A stretch of DNA of 63,192 nt, counting the filler, from Reticulomyxa filosa (taxonomy: Eukaryota > Protista > Foraminifera), in NCBI GenBank assembly GCA_000512085.1. It is 22 parts of 22 records of this genome, joined end to end, with 100 filler letters (N's around TTAATTAATTAA, not from the genome) between each part and the next. Parts side by side here need not be neighbours in the genome. Positions count along the whole stretch, not along the records: positions 35,970 to 41,565 come from ASPP01017611.1; positions 41,666 to 44,332 come from ASPP01021341.1; positions 44,433 to 45,551 come from ASPP01000070.1; positions 45,652 to 47,250 come from ASPP01018368.1; positions 47,351 to 48,436 come from ASPP01049588.1; positions 48,537 to 51,855 come from ASPP01020239.1; positions 51,956 to 54,796 come from ASPP01007958.1; 15 more parts are not named here. One strand, written 5' to 3'. Shown one piece after another: positions 39,825-52,789 of the stretch (position 1 is the first letter of the stretch; every line of letters begins with the position of its first letter). Position numbers and translations under genes: made by a program. The notes beneath the pieces were generated by a model. That model made no database searches. It was not told the origin of the DNA and saw only the letters and a program-made list of their open reading frames with translations.

Positions 39825-40559
39825 TAATTTTTCTTAGCACAAAAATAAAAACAATATGTCAATTTTAATAACTGAGTACTCTTTTTTTCCCCTGAAATTT
39901 TGAAAAAGTCACAGCAAATCATAATTTTTTCGTAGTGTTCAAGATTGATTGTGTTTATTTACTGTAGTCTTTTGTTTATTTCCATTCGTAAATCGTGAAC
40001 AAAAAGTATTGCGTGACGAATAAATATGCTACGTAATAACAGCTATTTTGAGCAAATGCAAGGCTTTACCTAAAACCTATAGTAATAGCAATAAAATTGG
40101 GTACATTGACCACAAAAAAAATTGGCCTTGGTTGACGAGTGAACTAAGATACTGACAAAGGGACCTTTATGTACTATTAAACGCAAGAGTATAGAATTAA
40201 CTTTCTGCATAAGCCCTAGAGGGATAGAACGCACAAGAACAAATTGAATGAGAATAACGGAAAAGTGCAAAAATAAAAAATTGATTTTAAGGACAAATTT
40301 TTAAGCAATCATGAGGAGAAAAAACAAAATAGAATTTATCTTTTTTCCATCCTTGAACAAAAAAAAAGATTAACTTTGCAAATTCAATTTCAACAAATAT
40401 ATTTTTTGTGCCAAAAAAAGAAGTGCAGAGTGTGTTTGATAGTGAAGACGTATGACCACATATTACAATGTTGTATGGTCAATATTATTTGATCCTAAAT
40501 AGTCTAAATACGAAAACAAACAAACAAACAAAAAAGTGCAAGCAGCTTTTGACATGAGT

Positions 40560-41480
40560 TTGTCAGTTCCAGTTCCAAATCTTCCACCATAAGACTTTGA
40601 GTGTGGAGCACTATCGATCATTGAAATAAAAAAAACAAAAAAACGTCGATATTTTTATTTTTTTTTTAAAAAAAAAAAAAAAAAAACAAGCAAGCAATGG
40701 CGCAACTTCATTGTATCCAGGATTGCAAACACAAAACGAGTCATTTCTGGAGACTTGGGATATTTTTTCATGTTCGAGTTGATCACAATAGTTTTTAAGA
40801 CTATCGAAATCAGATTTCAATCGGACATTGAGTTTACTAATGGCTATATTATCTTCTTTTTGACTATAAATTGCCAAGTTTCTTTCAAAATTTTTTTGCT
40901 GTAGTGCTTGCTTTTCCTTTTCCAATCCTTTGATTTGCGTTTCATAATTGTATTTGTTTCTCACTATTTCTTTATTTTCACGTTGCATTTGCACATACGA
41001 TGTGTTCATCGTCCACAGCTCGCTTTTGCATAATTGCAACATATCTCGCATCTCCTCCGCCGTATTAAACACTCTTTTCAGCAGTCCCGAATACTGGTCC
41101 AGCTGCCATTGATACCCCTGACATATATATGATTGGAGGACGGCTTGTTTCTCAGCGTTCATTCCACGTAAACATCTTACCATGTCGCCTTGGGACCACG
41201 CTCTATAGCCGAGCAATGCTATCCATATCACCACCGAGACTACGTATAATTTCGCCAAGAGTGGAGGGCAAGGGGAAGGGCCTTTGTATACGTGCAAATA
41301 TAAATAAATACACATATATGTTTTTTTTTTTTTTTTTTTTTCTTACGAGTGTTGCTAGCTAAAAGAGGAAGAAAGCATACATACGTATACTTAAAAAAAA
41401 ATAAAAAATGGAGTCTTACCTTTGAAAAATTGGTACGCTTTGTAAAATATACTGGCTTCAAATTCTTCTGTATATTTCAC
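40560..41480 (-). CDS. Hypothetical membrane-anchored coiled-coil protein
   Basis: Hydrophobic LYVVSVVIWIALLGY segment followed by ~150 aa heptad-rich region; flanking intron-like tracts. Confidence 0.5.
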
Positions 41481-41665
41481 AATGAATACACACACACACA
41501 CACACACACATGCATTAATTATCAATCTTACTCCAAAGCAATGGACTTTCAAAAATATGCAACAANNNNNNNNNNNNNNNNNNNNNNNNNNNNNNNNNNN
41601 NNNNNNNNNTTAATTAATTAANNNNNNNNNNNNNNNNNNNNNNNNNNNNNNNNNNNNNNNNNNNN

Positions 41666-42616
41666 CTTTGCCTTTATCTTTGCCTTTTTCTTTTTCTTTT
41701 TCTTTTCCTTTCTTTTTTTCTTTTTTCTTTTTGTCTTTTGCATTGCTATTCTTCGCATTTCGTACCTTGCTTTTTTTGCGCTTGCAGCTTTTGTTATTGT
41801 CATTATCATTGTCACTATCATTCAAATTTGATTTCTTCTTTTTCTTTGTCTTTTCTTTTGTGTTGGGACTCGCTTTATCCTTTTTCTGTTTGTGGTCTTT
41901 TTCGTTCAAATTCTCGTGTTCGCTCTTATTGTCCTTTTCGCTTTTTTTTTTCTTTACTCCTTTTTTCTCACTCGCTTTTGCTTTTGATTTTGGCTTCGAT
42001 TTTGACTTAGACTTGGAGCCTGGACAAGATTTACTCTCTGACTCTTCTTCTTCTTTTTCGTTGGCACTGTCGTTTTCATCTTTCTCTTTTTCTCTTTCTG
42101 GCTCTGACTCTGGCTCTGGCTCTGGATCTGGATCTGGATCTGCTCCCGGCCTCTGTTTTGACTTCGACTTGGGCGATTTCTGAATCGGCTTTGATATTTC
42201 AAAGTTTCCTGTATTGGTTTTCCCGTTTGACTTGTTACTCCCTTGATTCGATCTTACTGATTTTTTTTATCTCCCTCACTCTCTTTGTTATTTTCGCTTT
42301 CTTGTTCTCCTTCTTTTCCTTCTTGTTTACTTCCTTTTTTACTCCCTCCTCTACTTCCATTTTCGCCATGCTCTCTTGCACTATCCTTCTTTGCCTGCTG
42401 CTGACTTTTTGATGATTGTCTCCCACTTTTTACACTCGCTTCTCCTTCGTCTTCCTCTGACCGCTCAATTTTCTTGCGGATTGCTTTCTCAATTTTATTT
42501 ATATCTCCATCACAATCGTGAACAACTTCCGCGTAGTACTCCTTTAGTTTTCTTGGATTTACGCCTGGAAACAGTTTTTCTATGTGTGGCAAGTATTGTC
42601 TATCTGATTTATTCAT
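41666..42616 (-). CDS. Highly charged K/E-rich protein with short helical N-terminal (CUE/UBA-like) domain, partial, frameshifted
   Basis: MNKSDRQYLPHIEKLFPGV...DGDINKIEKAI followed by K/E/D/P low complexity. Confidence 0.5.
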
Positions 42617-42956
42617 TGTTTGTCAATATAATATTTCTGTTGATCTCAAAATGTGAAACTGGAGGGAAAAAAAAAAATTTGAAAAATTTTACGTACCTCG
42701 TTTCCCTCTGAGTTTAACAAACACAAGCCTTTTGTGTTGTTTGTGACTTTAAATATTGCTACTTCATTTGTTTTTTAAAATGTTTAGCTTTTTTGAGTTA
42801 TTGCAAACAAATGAGCCTTCAGCATTGTCGATTACAAAACAAGTGGTTTGTGGTCTAGTTATTGATAGAAAATAATAAATAAGTGGACAGTAGAACTGGT
42901 ACTCCCCCTCTTTTGTTCAAAAAAGAAAATACACAAAAAAAAGGACCTCACGCTCA

Positions 42957-44332
42957 ATGGCAAGATCAGGCAAGGAAAAACTTGAAAACCCGTTGGAAGG
43001 AGAGTATGAGTTGTTTGGCTCAGCGTTGCAAGGCCTCCGCAAGAGTTTGAGAAACTCTCGAAAGTATGTGGTTCGACATTTGGCAGAATTTGATCGTGAA
43101 TTGCACAGCAGTTGGGAAAAGAGAGAATCAATAGAAGCACCAAATAGCATAGAAGAATTAATTAAACATTTGGAATCAATGAAAAGTTCATTAAAAGGAT
43201 TTGAAACAATAACCAATCACGAATTAAAAGTATTGGATCATAGAATTCAATATTTTAAAGTTCAAAAAGTACAATCAAAATTGAAGACACCAATTAATGC
43301 ATGGGATCCAAGAAGTGTATCAGATTATCATTATGGAGTAACACAAATAAATAATAATAATAATAATAATATGACTAATAATATAACTAGTAATATTAAT
43401 CCAACTTTTATTCCTCGTACTCCTTCTACATTAGTTTATCCACGATCTCCATCAATTGATACACATGGTGGATTAAAACAAGGAAATACAAATACAAGTA
43501 CACATGCTTTTACATTTTCTCCTTATGTTCAAGTTATGACAAAAAAGCAAGTACAAATGCCAGTATTACATTCGACAAGTATTAATCAAAGAGAAAAGAA
43601 AAATGATGATGATGATAATAATAATATTGATATAGATGATAGTGGACAAAAAACTTGGTTATCATTAGATGAAATGTCACCAATGAGTACAAGTACAGGA
43701 ATAGTTGGAAATAATAATAATAATAATAATTATTCATATACATATCCTCCATCACCAATAAATGTATTATCATCATCTCCTACTACAACATCACCTTTAT
43801 TAAATATGAATGATCGACTTAAATATAGACAAATATATCAAAGAAGTTATGAATATATTGATCCATTTACAGGTAATCCAGATTTATTTAAAAGAAAATG
43901 GGAAAGAATATTTATGGATCGTGTAATAATTGATTATATGTTAAGAAATTATTGTTTTGATAGTGCAAAGAATTTATTAATATGTAATGAATTAGGTTTA
44001 TTAACTACATTTGATATTTTTCATCATAATAAAAATACTTTTATTGCATTACAACAAAGAAATTTACATTCTTTATTTAAATGGTGTCGTCAAAATAAAT
44101 CACATTTAAAACAACATCAAAGTCAATTAGAATATTGGCTTCATTGTGTTCATATTATTGATTTAGCAAAAAAAGGAAAAGAATCTGAAGCATTACAATA
44201 TATTCGTAATCATTTATTAAAAGATGATAATAATAATGATAATACATTAAATCAAAAATATTCTAATATATCACAATTAATGACTGTAGTACTTACTATT
44301 AAATCATTATCATCATCATCATCATCATCATC
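42957..44332 (+). CDS. LisH-CTLH protein, MAEA/Gid9(Fyv10)-like subunit of the GID/CTLH E3 ligase (3' partial)
   Basis: LisH MDRVIIDYMLRNYCFDSAKNL; CTLH ALQQRNLHSLFKWC..NKSHLK...SQLEYWLH; EALQYIRNHL; N-terminal LRKSLRNSRKYV helix. Confidence 0.8.
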
Positions 44333-45049
44333 NNNNNNNNNNNNNNNNNNNNNNNNNNNNNNNNNNNNNNNNNNNNTTAATTAATTAANNNNNNNNNNNN
44401 NNNNNNNNNNNNNNNNNNNNNNNNNNNNNNNNATTTTTTTTTGGATATCAATTCCTTCAAAAATCCAATGTCTCTGTAAATAATGGATTTAATACATGAT
44501 TATTCAGGAATGCAGTTGATCTATGTTGTTGAATCAAATCTAGTTGCAATTGCTGAGCTTTAATCCAATAGATATCTGGAGCATTATCTTCATTAAATGA
44601 TGTCAGAATCCCATTTATTGAATATCAGTAAGACTAGTCACTCTTCCGCAATAAAAAAAAATTCATTTAAAAATCATTCATAATCGATATAAACTTTTGA
44701 AAAAAAAATTTTATTTTGAAGGAAAACAAGCACAAAACAACTAGTTACTGCAACATCTAGCAGTATCCGAAAGAAGTTTGAAGTTAATCTTCGATTATTA
44801 TCAACAATTTTCGTCTTCAATAAGTTGAAGCGAAAACAGAAACAAAAACAAAGACACAAAGAAAACAAACTTTTCAAACATAAGGAATTTTTTTTCAACT
44901 AGTAAAATTTTTTTTTATTGTAGATAAAAAAATGTTTATACTAGTTGAAAATTTCATATACCTAATCTTGCGATATTTTGTAAGATCAGATATCGAACAA
45001 CGAGTATACCAAGCGAAATTTCTGAAAACAGCGGTTGAAACAGAATAGA

Positions 45050-45510
45050 AAGACCAAACAAAGCTTGCAAGCAAAAAATTGATCAACTTTCCATTGAATA
45101 ATTGCAATTAAACATTCACACAAATTTATTAAAAGAAGCCAAATTGTTTTCACAATAGTTGATCTCCAAACAATGTCATAGCAGAAATATACAATAACAC
45201 TGCATATGTCACTGAATTGCAAATCGAATGACTTGTGGATTGTCTCAGTTAATCTCAATAACAATTGTGATGATTCTTTCCATTAATTTACCAACATTTG
45301 GCAGCAATAAAATTGATCTATAATCCTTGCACTGACTATGATCCTGTCAGACTTGGGAATATGCACAATGTTTCCTTTTTCCATTCAATTGGCATATATT
45401 ACATTCGGAAACTCCATCCAAATAACGAATCAATCATTGCATTGCCACCATTCTTAAGCATTTGATTATGAATGTTATCAGGACCTTGAGCTTTGTATGG
45501 TCCTATCTTG
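45050..45510 (-). mobile_element. Decayed LINE reverse-transcriptase fragment
   Basis: KAQGPDNIHNQMLK, WKKGNIVHIPK, CKDYRSILLLPNVGKLMERII read across frameshifts. Confidence 0.8.
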
Positions 45511-47754
45511 TGATATCACTTTGATGGATGTCAAAGGATAAAATGCTTTCGNNNNNNNNNNNNNNNNNNNNNNNNNNNNNNNNNNNNNNNNNNNNTTAAT
45601 TAATTAANNNNNNNNNNNNNNNNNNNNNNNNNNNNNNNNNNNNNNNNNNNNTTTCATAATTAATGTTGTTTTTTTTATTAACAGCCTCAACCCGTCTATT
45701 CAAAAAAAACTATATAAGTCACAATTCCAACTTCCAACAAAGAAAAATTTTGGGGGTTGAAGCGTTTTATATATTTTTATTTCTGATTGTATTGAACATT
45801 TGGGGGAAAGAAAATAAATGGAAAAAGGGGGAGATAAATGAGAAAAATTTTGAAAATAAATTGGAAAAAAGGGAAAATACATGTGGGAACAAATGGGGAA
45901 GGGAAAGTTGTTGTGAAAATTTTTTATTTAAGAAAATTGAAGAAAATAAAAAATAAATGAAAAAAATATTGAAAATAAAAAAAAGTTTGAAAAATGTAAA
46001 AGAAAAATAAAATAAAAAAAGATGACAATTGAAAAAAGTAAAAAAAGATATCAAAAATGCAAAAGCGGAAAAAATAGAAAAAAAAAAAGAAGAAAAAAAC
46101 AAGTAAATATCGCGTGTGTTTGTTTAAAAGAAAAAAAAAGTATAATGTCTTAGTTGAATTTATTGTATGATCGTCATATCGGAAACACGCAAATTCGTCA
46201 CTCGCAGGCGTGGACAAACTTCACAAATTGCGTCACAATGGAAACTTGGCAATGTCTGGCAACTGCGACTCGAAACATTAGAATGTTTGCTATCAAATTA
46301 TGTGAACAAAAGTCGCGTATGACTATTTGCTTGGCACAGCACCAAAGATGTCGTCGAAATTCGATCTAAGTAGTCAATGAACAAGGGAACTAAGTCGTAT
46401 GGAAATGAACATAATTTTATAAATGCAGAAATTGTGCCGGACTTGTCGTATGCGTGCGCAAAATTGCAACTTGAATTTTTAATCGTGAGTTCATGGGTGA
46501 CGTTGTGATTGTCGATTGGTGAAGAAAGTAAATGCTAGGTGCCGCAAAAGTTTTTTGCCTTGCGTTTGCCGAGCAAGTGCGTATGATCTTAACAAACTGC
46601 ATCTGGGATCGGCTATGGAATACGGAAGACTTGTTGGATAGCACTCAGCGAAGAAATGAAAAAGATAAACAATGAATAGGTCTAAAAAAAAAAATTGAAT
46701 ATACAAATGATGTGCTAACTCGTTGCAAATGCTCAAGTCCATTCGATCTGGTCAATGTGTGTTCTTCACTACAAGCTCTCCAGAAAGAAAAAAAGAAAAC
46801 AGTGATATCACTCAAATTGAAAACGATGTCGACGGCAGCGACTGGAGCAACGAGGAGTGGAAGGCGAGTAAAAAAAGCAAAGACATCGTCAAAAAAAAAC
46901 ATACATGGACAGAGATCAAACCACTGTATCGAGAGAATCATCACATGTAAGAGGGTTCAATTTAGACTGCGAAGCTCACAAGCACCAGGAAATTATATAG
47001 TTAAATTTGTTTAAAAAATAGAATAAAATAAAGTAAAACCAGTAGACAGGCTTTATTGAAATTGATTTTATGGACATGCTTTTTTACGCCTAGAAATGCG
47101 CAGAGATGTCACTCGCGAAAGCGCTGTGGAAAGTGCTACCCGAAGTATTTGAAAGGATTTGTTTGCCGTCGACATTGGCAGACACAAGTCTCTGGCGCTT
47201 TGCCATCCAAGAATTATCCGCAAAGATTGTGTCCAAGTGTGATCTACCGGNNNNNNNNNNNNNNNNNNNNNNNNNNNNNNNNNNNNNNNNNNNNTTAATT
47301 AATTAANNNNNNNNNNNNNNNNNNNNNNNNNNNNNNNNNNNNNNNNNNNNTGGCTATATTCCGAATATTCCGACCATGTTCGATATGATTTCTCAAGGAA
47401 TATAGAACTATTAAACAAAAAATGGTTTTATATCAAGATATAACGTGGAATCTTGCGGGAACAGCTATTTTCCACAATTTATTGTTTTCTTACCATTTCA
47501 ATATGTCAATTATTTAAGCCAATGTAAACTTGAAATTGTACAGTGTGGTGATAATAAGAGGTTTAATAACTAACTATTTGTAGTGACATTCTTATCCACG
47601 TTATTAATTTACTGCAAATGGAGTATATTAAGGGATGCCAACTACTAAATACAATTGACTACTTGCAAAGCGTTATGTTCTTCTGCGCATTAAACTATAA
47701 TGTGTAAGGATGTCCTTAACAAGCTATTTTTTACAAAATTTATTTCAAGCCTGA

Positions 47755-47976
47755 TGTAACAGAGGATAAGTCCATATTAAACGGTTAAATCCTAAGTGAA
47801 CTGTGGAGTTCCCAGTGGGCTAAACTTTATTCACAAACGCGACTCACTTTCTCTCTTGTTTTACTCTTTTCTTTATTTTGTTGTAATTATTGTTGTTACT
47901 TTACTTTCTTTTTATTGAAATTAGTTTTCAGAGCTAAGTTTCTTTCATATACACTTAGTTCCGCTCACTTCCTACA
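47755..47976 (+). mobile_element. Candidate 5' LTR (TGTA...TACA, ~222 bp) followed by a TGG-initiated PBS-like site
   Basis: TGTA at 47755, TACA ending 47976, TGG at 47978; downstream ORF at 48188. No second LTR in the window. Confidence 0.3.
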
Positions 47977-48187
47977 ATGGAATTGACTACGTTAGTTGTT
48001 CAAAAATGGACGTCATAAAAGATTGATTAGCAATAAATTGGAGTATTAAAACACGATCTCATACCAAAAAAAGGCTATCTGAATTTTTTTGTTTTCAATG
48101 ATAAAAGCAAGAGTGTCAACAACTTCAAAGGGGTACAAACAAAAACAAAGTAAAGTTTTCTGCTCCTTTCAAACTAACAGTTGAAAA

Positions 48188-48436
48188 ATGGCAGATTCAG
48201 TAAATGAAGAGTCAAAATCTTTCGAGCTTAAAAGCTCTCTCGACGTTGTCGTAGGCAACGCTACGAGTAACACTGACGACGTCCGAAATAATATTTCGCA
48301 CAACAATCAAACAACTACCTTTATGAAATATGTTTCAAAGGATAAGATATTAATGTTGCATGACAACAGGATTTTTTATTTTCAACCAAAAAACATGAAA
48401 GACATGAAAGAGATGAAAGACATGAAAGACATGAAA
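48188..48436 (+). CDS. Hypothetical ORF (possibly gag-like start) ending in a 9-bp ATGAAAGAC (MKD/E) tandem repeat; truncated
   Basis: Open from ATG to contig end; repeat ~48394-48436. Confidence 0.35.
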
Positions 48437-48536
48437 NNNNNNNNNNNNNNNNNNNNNNNNNNNNNNNNNNNNNNNNNNNNTTAATTAATTAANNNNNNNN
48501 NNNNNNNNNNNNNNNNNNNNNNNNNNNNNNNNNNNN

Positions 48537-49640
48537 TTTCATAATAATTAAAGCCGAGCCTGATCACTTGCCATCGCAATTACAAACAGTAAAGGCCATT
48601 AGTCAAAAAAAACATCAAGATAAATATTTTATTGATGCGATTGTGGCCATGAAAGCTGTTCGTAACTTTGCGTATTCCATTTTTTGGGCAACCAACTACG
48701 CCAGACTCATCTACTAATGCTTCTGGCACCGAGCAAAAGCAAGCAGCAGAACATGAAAGTGAGGATCAAGAAAATAGTCAAGCCAGTAGTGAAAATAAAA
48801 ACGCTACTTCAAGTATTTCTTTTGGGCCTAAAAAAGCTCGCAAAATAAGAGATTATTTAATCAAATCCACGGAATTACAAAAGTCGAACATCCACCTGGT
48901 GACACTGTGCCTGCAGCTACAACCCCACAAAACAACTCCACATCTACAAAAAGTAGTGACCAAACAGTGGCTAATACTGAACGTCCTAATGAGTCGTCTA
49001 CTGCTAGTGCTGAGCAATCTTCCAATCCTGGCGATAATGCGGGAAAGAACACCCGTACGAGAAAATTTTTGAATGCCTGGACCAAAGCGAAACAAGGAAT
49101 TATGGGCATCGCCACAGGAACAGGGGGAACTGAAAGTGCAACTGCGAAAGCATCAGGAAATAAAAAAGTCAGTACTGATACTAATACCAAAGACCCATCA
49201 TCCATCCCTCCCAATTCCAATGCAACAGGCGATGGAAACAACTCAAGCAACAATAACACATCCCTTCCAGCCAAAACTTCACCACAACCAAACAATCAGC
49301 TGCCAGGTCCCAGTAATGTTGTCGAAGAAAAGCAATCAGAAAAGGTAACAAAACAAACTTCATCACAATAGAAAGTCCTCATTAATCTCTTTTGTCACTG
49401 TGATGTTTTGATATTAAGGAAAATCAGAAAGAAGAAGATGGAAAGGACAAGCCAACACGTAAAACTCAAGATGAGAGCGAGAGTGAATCAGTTAAAGACG
49501 CCCTCGAAAAACCAAAAGAAGCAAGTAAAGAAATGGAAACCACTCATGGAAACTCAGAGAGTGGAGATCACAAAGAAACTACTGAGGAAGTACGTTCTGA
49601 ACACGAAGCAGATGACAATACTTCACTACCGTAAAATATT
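48537..49640 (+). CDS. Hypothetical S/T/N/E-rich disordered protein, 3' part, frameshifted
   Basis: Consecutive coding-like frames with shifts at homopolymers and one intron (~49345-49418). Confidence 0.45.
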
Positions 49641-50139
49641 TGAGAGTTTTATATGAATAAATTACGTTGAAGGACTTCTTTTGTGGGTTTTTTAAAGTCA
49701 AAAGATGCAAATTGAAACAAGGAAAACACTTTTTCGTTTGCGGTTATCCTATTCCATTTGCATTAGTTTATTTTGAGTATGCAGTCAATCATGTGATTGA
49801 CAAATATATTGCACTTGGCAAATTTTAAAGAGTTTGGTTGTTGTCCTCTATTCCATATTTTTAAATGTTTTACCGTGCTAAAATCGTAAACGTTTATATT
49901 TTCTCATAAAAAAAAAAAGTCCACTTTAAGAGTTATATTCGAGTCGTAGATATTATTAATACACCCAAAATTAAAAAAATTCTTTTTGATTGGTTTAAAA
50001 TCAGGATTTTTCCAAATCAATATCTTGTGATTGAACGATATTCAATTTTTGGACAACTTGCGCTTTGTTATATATTGGACTCAAAGGAGTCTTGTCTTTT
50101 TCGATTTCACTTAAATGAATTTCTTCCATTGCATCACTG

Positions 50140-51809
50140 TCATCCAATAAACCAAAATTTGTATATATGTATGTCAGCAAGGAAAATAAAATAAAGAAAT
50201 AAGTCTAACATGTCAAATGCACTTTCATTGTTTTGTAATATGCCTTCTTTCGGATCTTGGCTGGTTGTGCCATTATCACTAATCTTTTGTTCTTCTGGAT
50301 TTGCTATAACATTTAGCCCCAAGGTTTCAAGAAGTTTGTTTCTGAGCATAACCACAGATTTATGTTCTTTGTCTCGCACCAGGGCTTCAACAATCTCTGC
50401 AATAGGCATAATTTGGAGGTCATTGCTGTCCAACACATCAAAAATATTTTGTCCGTCACTGAGTTCAAATTCACGCAAGCCTAAATCCATCATCGCAGTA
50501 CAAAAATTTGCCATATCGATGGCTCCTTCACCTAATATATCCACTTCATGAAATGCTTCATCCAGCCTTTCACGTAATTTCCTCAATGCAAAAGGCTCCT
50601 TACCATTACCATTTGTTTTGTTGACATTCAAAGTTTTGGAACCACTTTCTTTGGATGTTAGTTCGTTTCCTTCTTTCGAAAGTTTTGTGGTAACACTATT
50701 GTCCTTGCTGTCATCATCTCCGATGGCCGCATCAGAGGCAGGTAGCGGCAAGGCGTTGTACTCTACAACAGAGAATATGGATTGTGAAGAGGGAAATCGA
50801 TAGGAACGTGGTCTATCATGCAAAGGAGTGATAGATGAGGTCTTGTTGTTTGAACTAGTTTTGATCAAAGTTTTTTGAGAGGGTTCTGTGTGATTGGACA
50901 TTTCCAACGAACGAGGATCCAAACTAGAGCCAGGATAGCGAGAGGACTAAAAGTAGGAGAGAGGAATTCAAAATCTCGTTCTTCGTTTTCTGCAACCACG
51001 AATTTCGTTACAGCGGGATCTCCATTTGTAATGTATGCCGGCACCCCTGACAATGCACTGAGCACGTCTTCTTCTTCACTTTCACCGTCACCAGAAAGGC
51101 TTTTTTTCGTCATATCATGTGTGCAATAAACATAATATTGGTTTTGCACTTAAAAAAAAAAAAAAAAAGCAGATATAAAACAACTGTGTGCGTGGACGAG
51201 GCAAATTTCCTGCGGTTTGGACTCGATAATGCTTTATGACTGTTTCGGTTTGTGATCGGCCCCTTTCTCTCGAATGATCACCCACTCGCAAGCTTCGCGG
51301 AGAAACACTAGCGCATTGTTGTGCTGACGTTACTGCATACAGCACTTCTTGATTGGCGTCAACGGGCAGCATTTCCTCGGTTTCAAGGATGACAGCCTTG
51401 CTGGCGTCCATGGCCACCGCGGTTAGCAATGCAGAGGTAGGACGATGTGGACTTTCGGCTTCACTGTCAGGATGATTGGATAAAAAGCGATTATCGTCGA
51501 TGATATTGACGGTGTCAGTGTCATCTTCATCGTCGTGGTCGGCATCATGATGATGATGATGATCATGATGATGATGGTGATGATGATGGTGAGGCTCGTT
51601 TTCATTCTTTACATTGTGGTCGTCATCTTCATCGTCTTCTGTTTCTTCATCGATGGCAAGTTCCGGGAAATGCTCTTTTCGAAACTCTTTGGCGGTATGG
51701 ATAGAATGTCGACGGTTGGCACTTTCTCCACTGTTTGGAGAAGCCTCATCCTTCTCTTTGTGGGAGTGATTGAACATTTCGCTTTTGATGCTTGCTGTCT
51801 CGTCGCCAA
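50140..51809 (-). CDS. EF-hand-containing protein with His/Asp-rich tract, multi-exon, partial
   Basis: AFHEVDILGEGAIDMANF and IFDVLDSNDLQIMPIAEI resemble an EF-hand pair; poly-His/Asp at ~51520-51600. Confidence 0.6.
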
Positions 51810-51812
51810 TAC

Positions 51813-51855
<43 letters not shown>

Positions 51856-52789
51856 NNNNNNNNNNNNNNNNNNNNNNNNNNNNNNNNNNNNNNNNNNNNT
51901 TAATTAATTAANNNNNNNNNNNNNNNNNNNNNNNNNNNNNNNNNNNNNNNNNNNNACCGTGAGGTATATATTCGATAAAAGCTACTTGAAATTCTTTGTT
52001 ACAGTTTTTTTTTTTATTTAAGTCCAATTCCATTCATTTCTTTTTGTTTTTTTTTTTTCTACTCTGTTACTGGCTCTTTTTTCTCGTCCTCAAAAAAAAT
52101 AGACAAACAATTTTTTTTTAGTTGTGCTTTTCAATTTTTCTCAAAAAAAAAAACAAGATAGAGACACTCTGTCTCATAACGAAAATGTGGAATGCTTTAT
52201 TACATGGAATAGATAGTGGCAAAATAGGCAACAAAGGATTTTCAACTTTTGTCCTACAAACAACTGTGTACTGCACGTCGTGCAACTTATCCAGTTGGAT
52301 TGTCATTCACTCTCTGACTTGCCATTTGTACATTTCTACAAATTCTCAATGTTAACAGATCACATACTTCTAGGGAGCCATTTATCTTTAGCGTATTGTC
52401 TCTTTTCAGTTCCAAAAAAAAAAAAAAGGCGCTCCTCAACAAACCTCGTAAAAAAAGTTCCCCCTTTTTTTTTTCTCTCCTCCCAGAGGGTTTCACTCCA
52501 TAGTGCCAAAGGGGGAGTTGAAACTAAACTGTACATTTTTGTGTATTGGAAATAATTTGGACAGTTTTATTTGAAGAGCTGTAAAGTTGCTTTATTGAAT
52601 GAAATTGTAGAAATACTGAATTTTGACGTTATTTGCAAAAAATACAAAATAGATAAACTCTAAATCGCATTGATAAAAAAAAAAAAAAGGAGGGGTGAAC
52701 ACTTGTGTCACCCCAAATAATAAGTGAACATACAATGAATGTAGTACATTTTATGAAATAAAGCATACGAACAATGTTTGAATTCTTTG

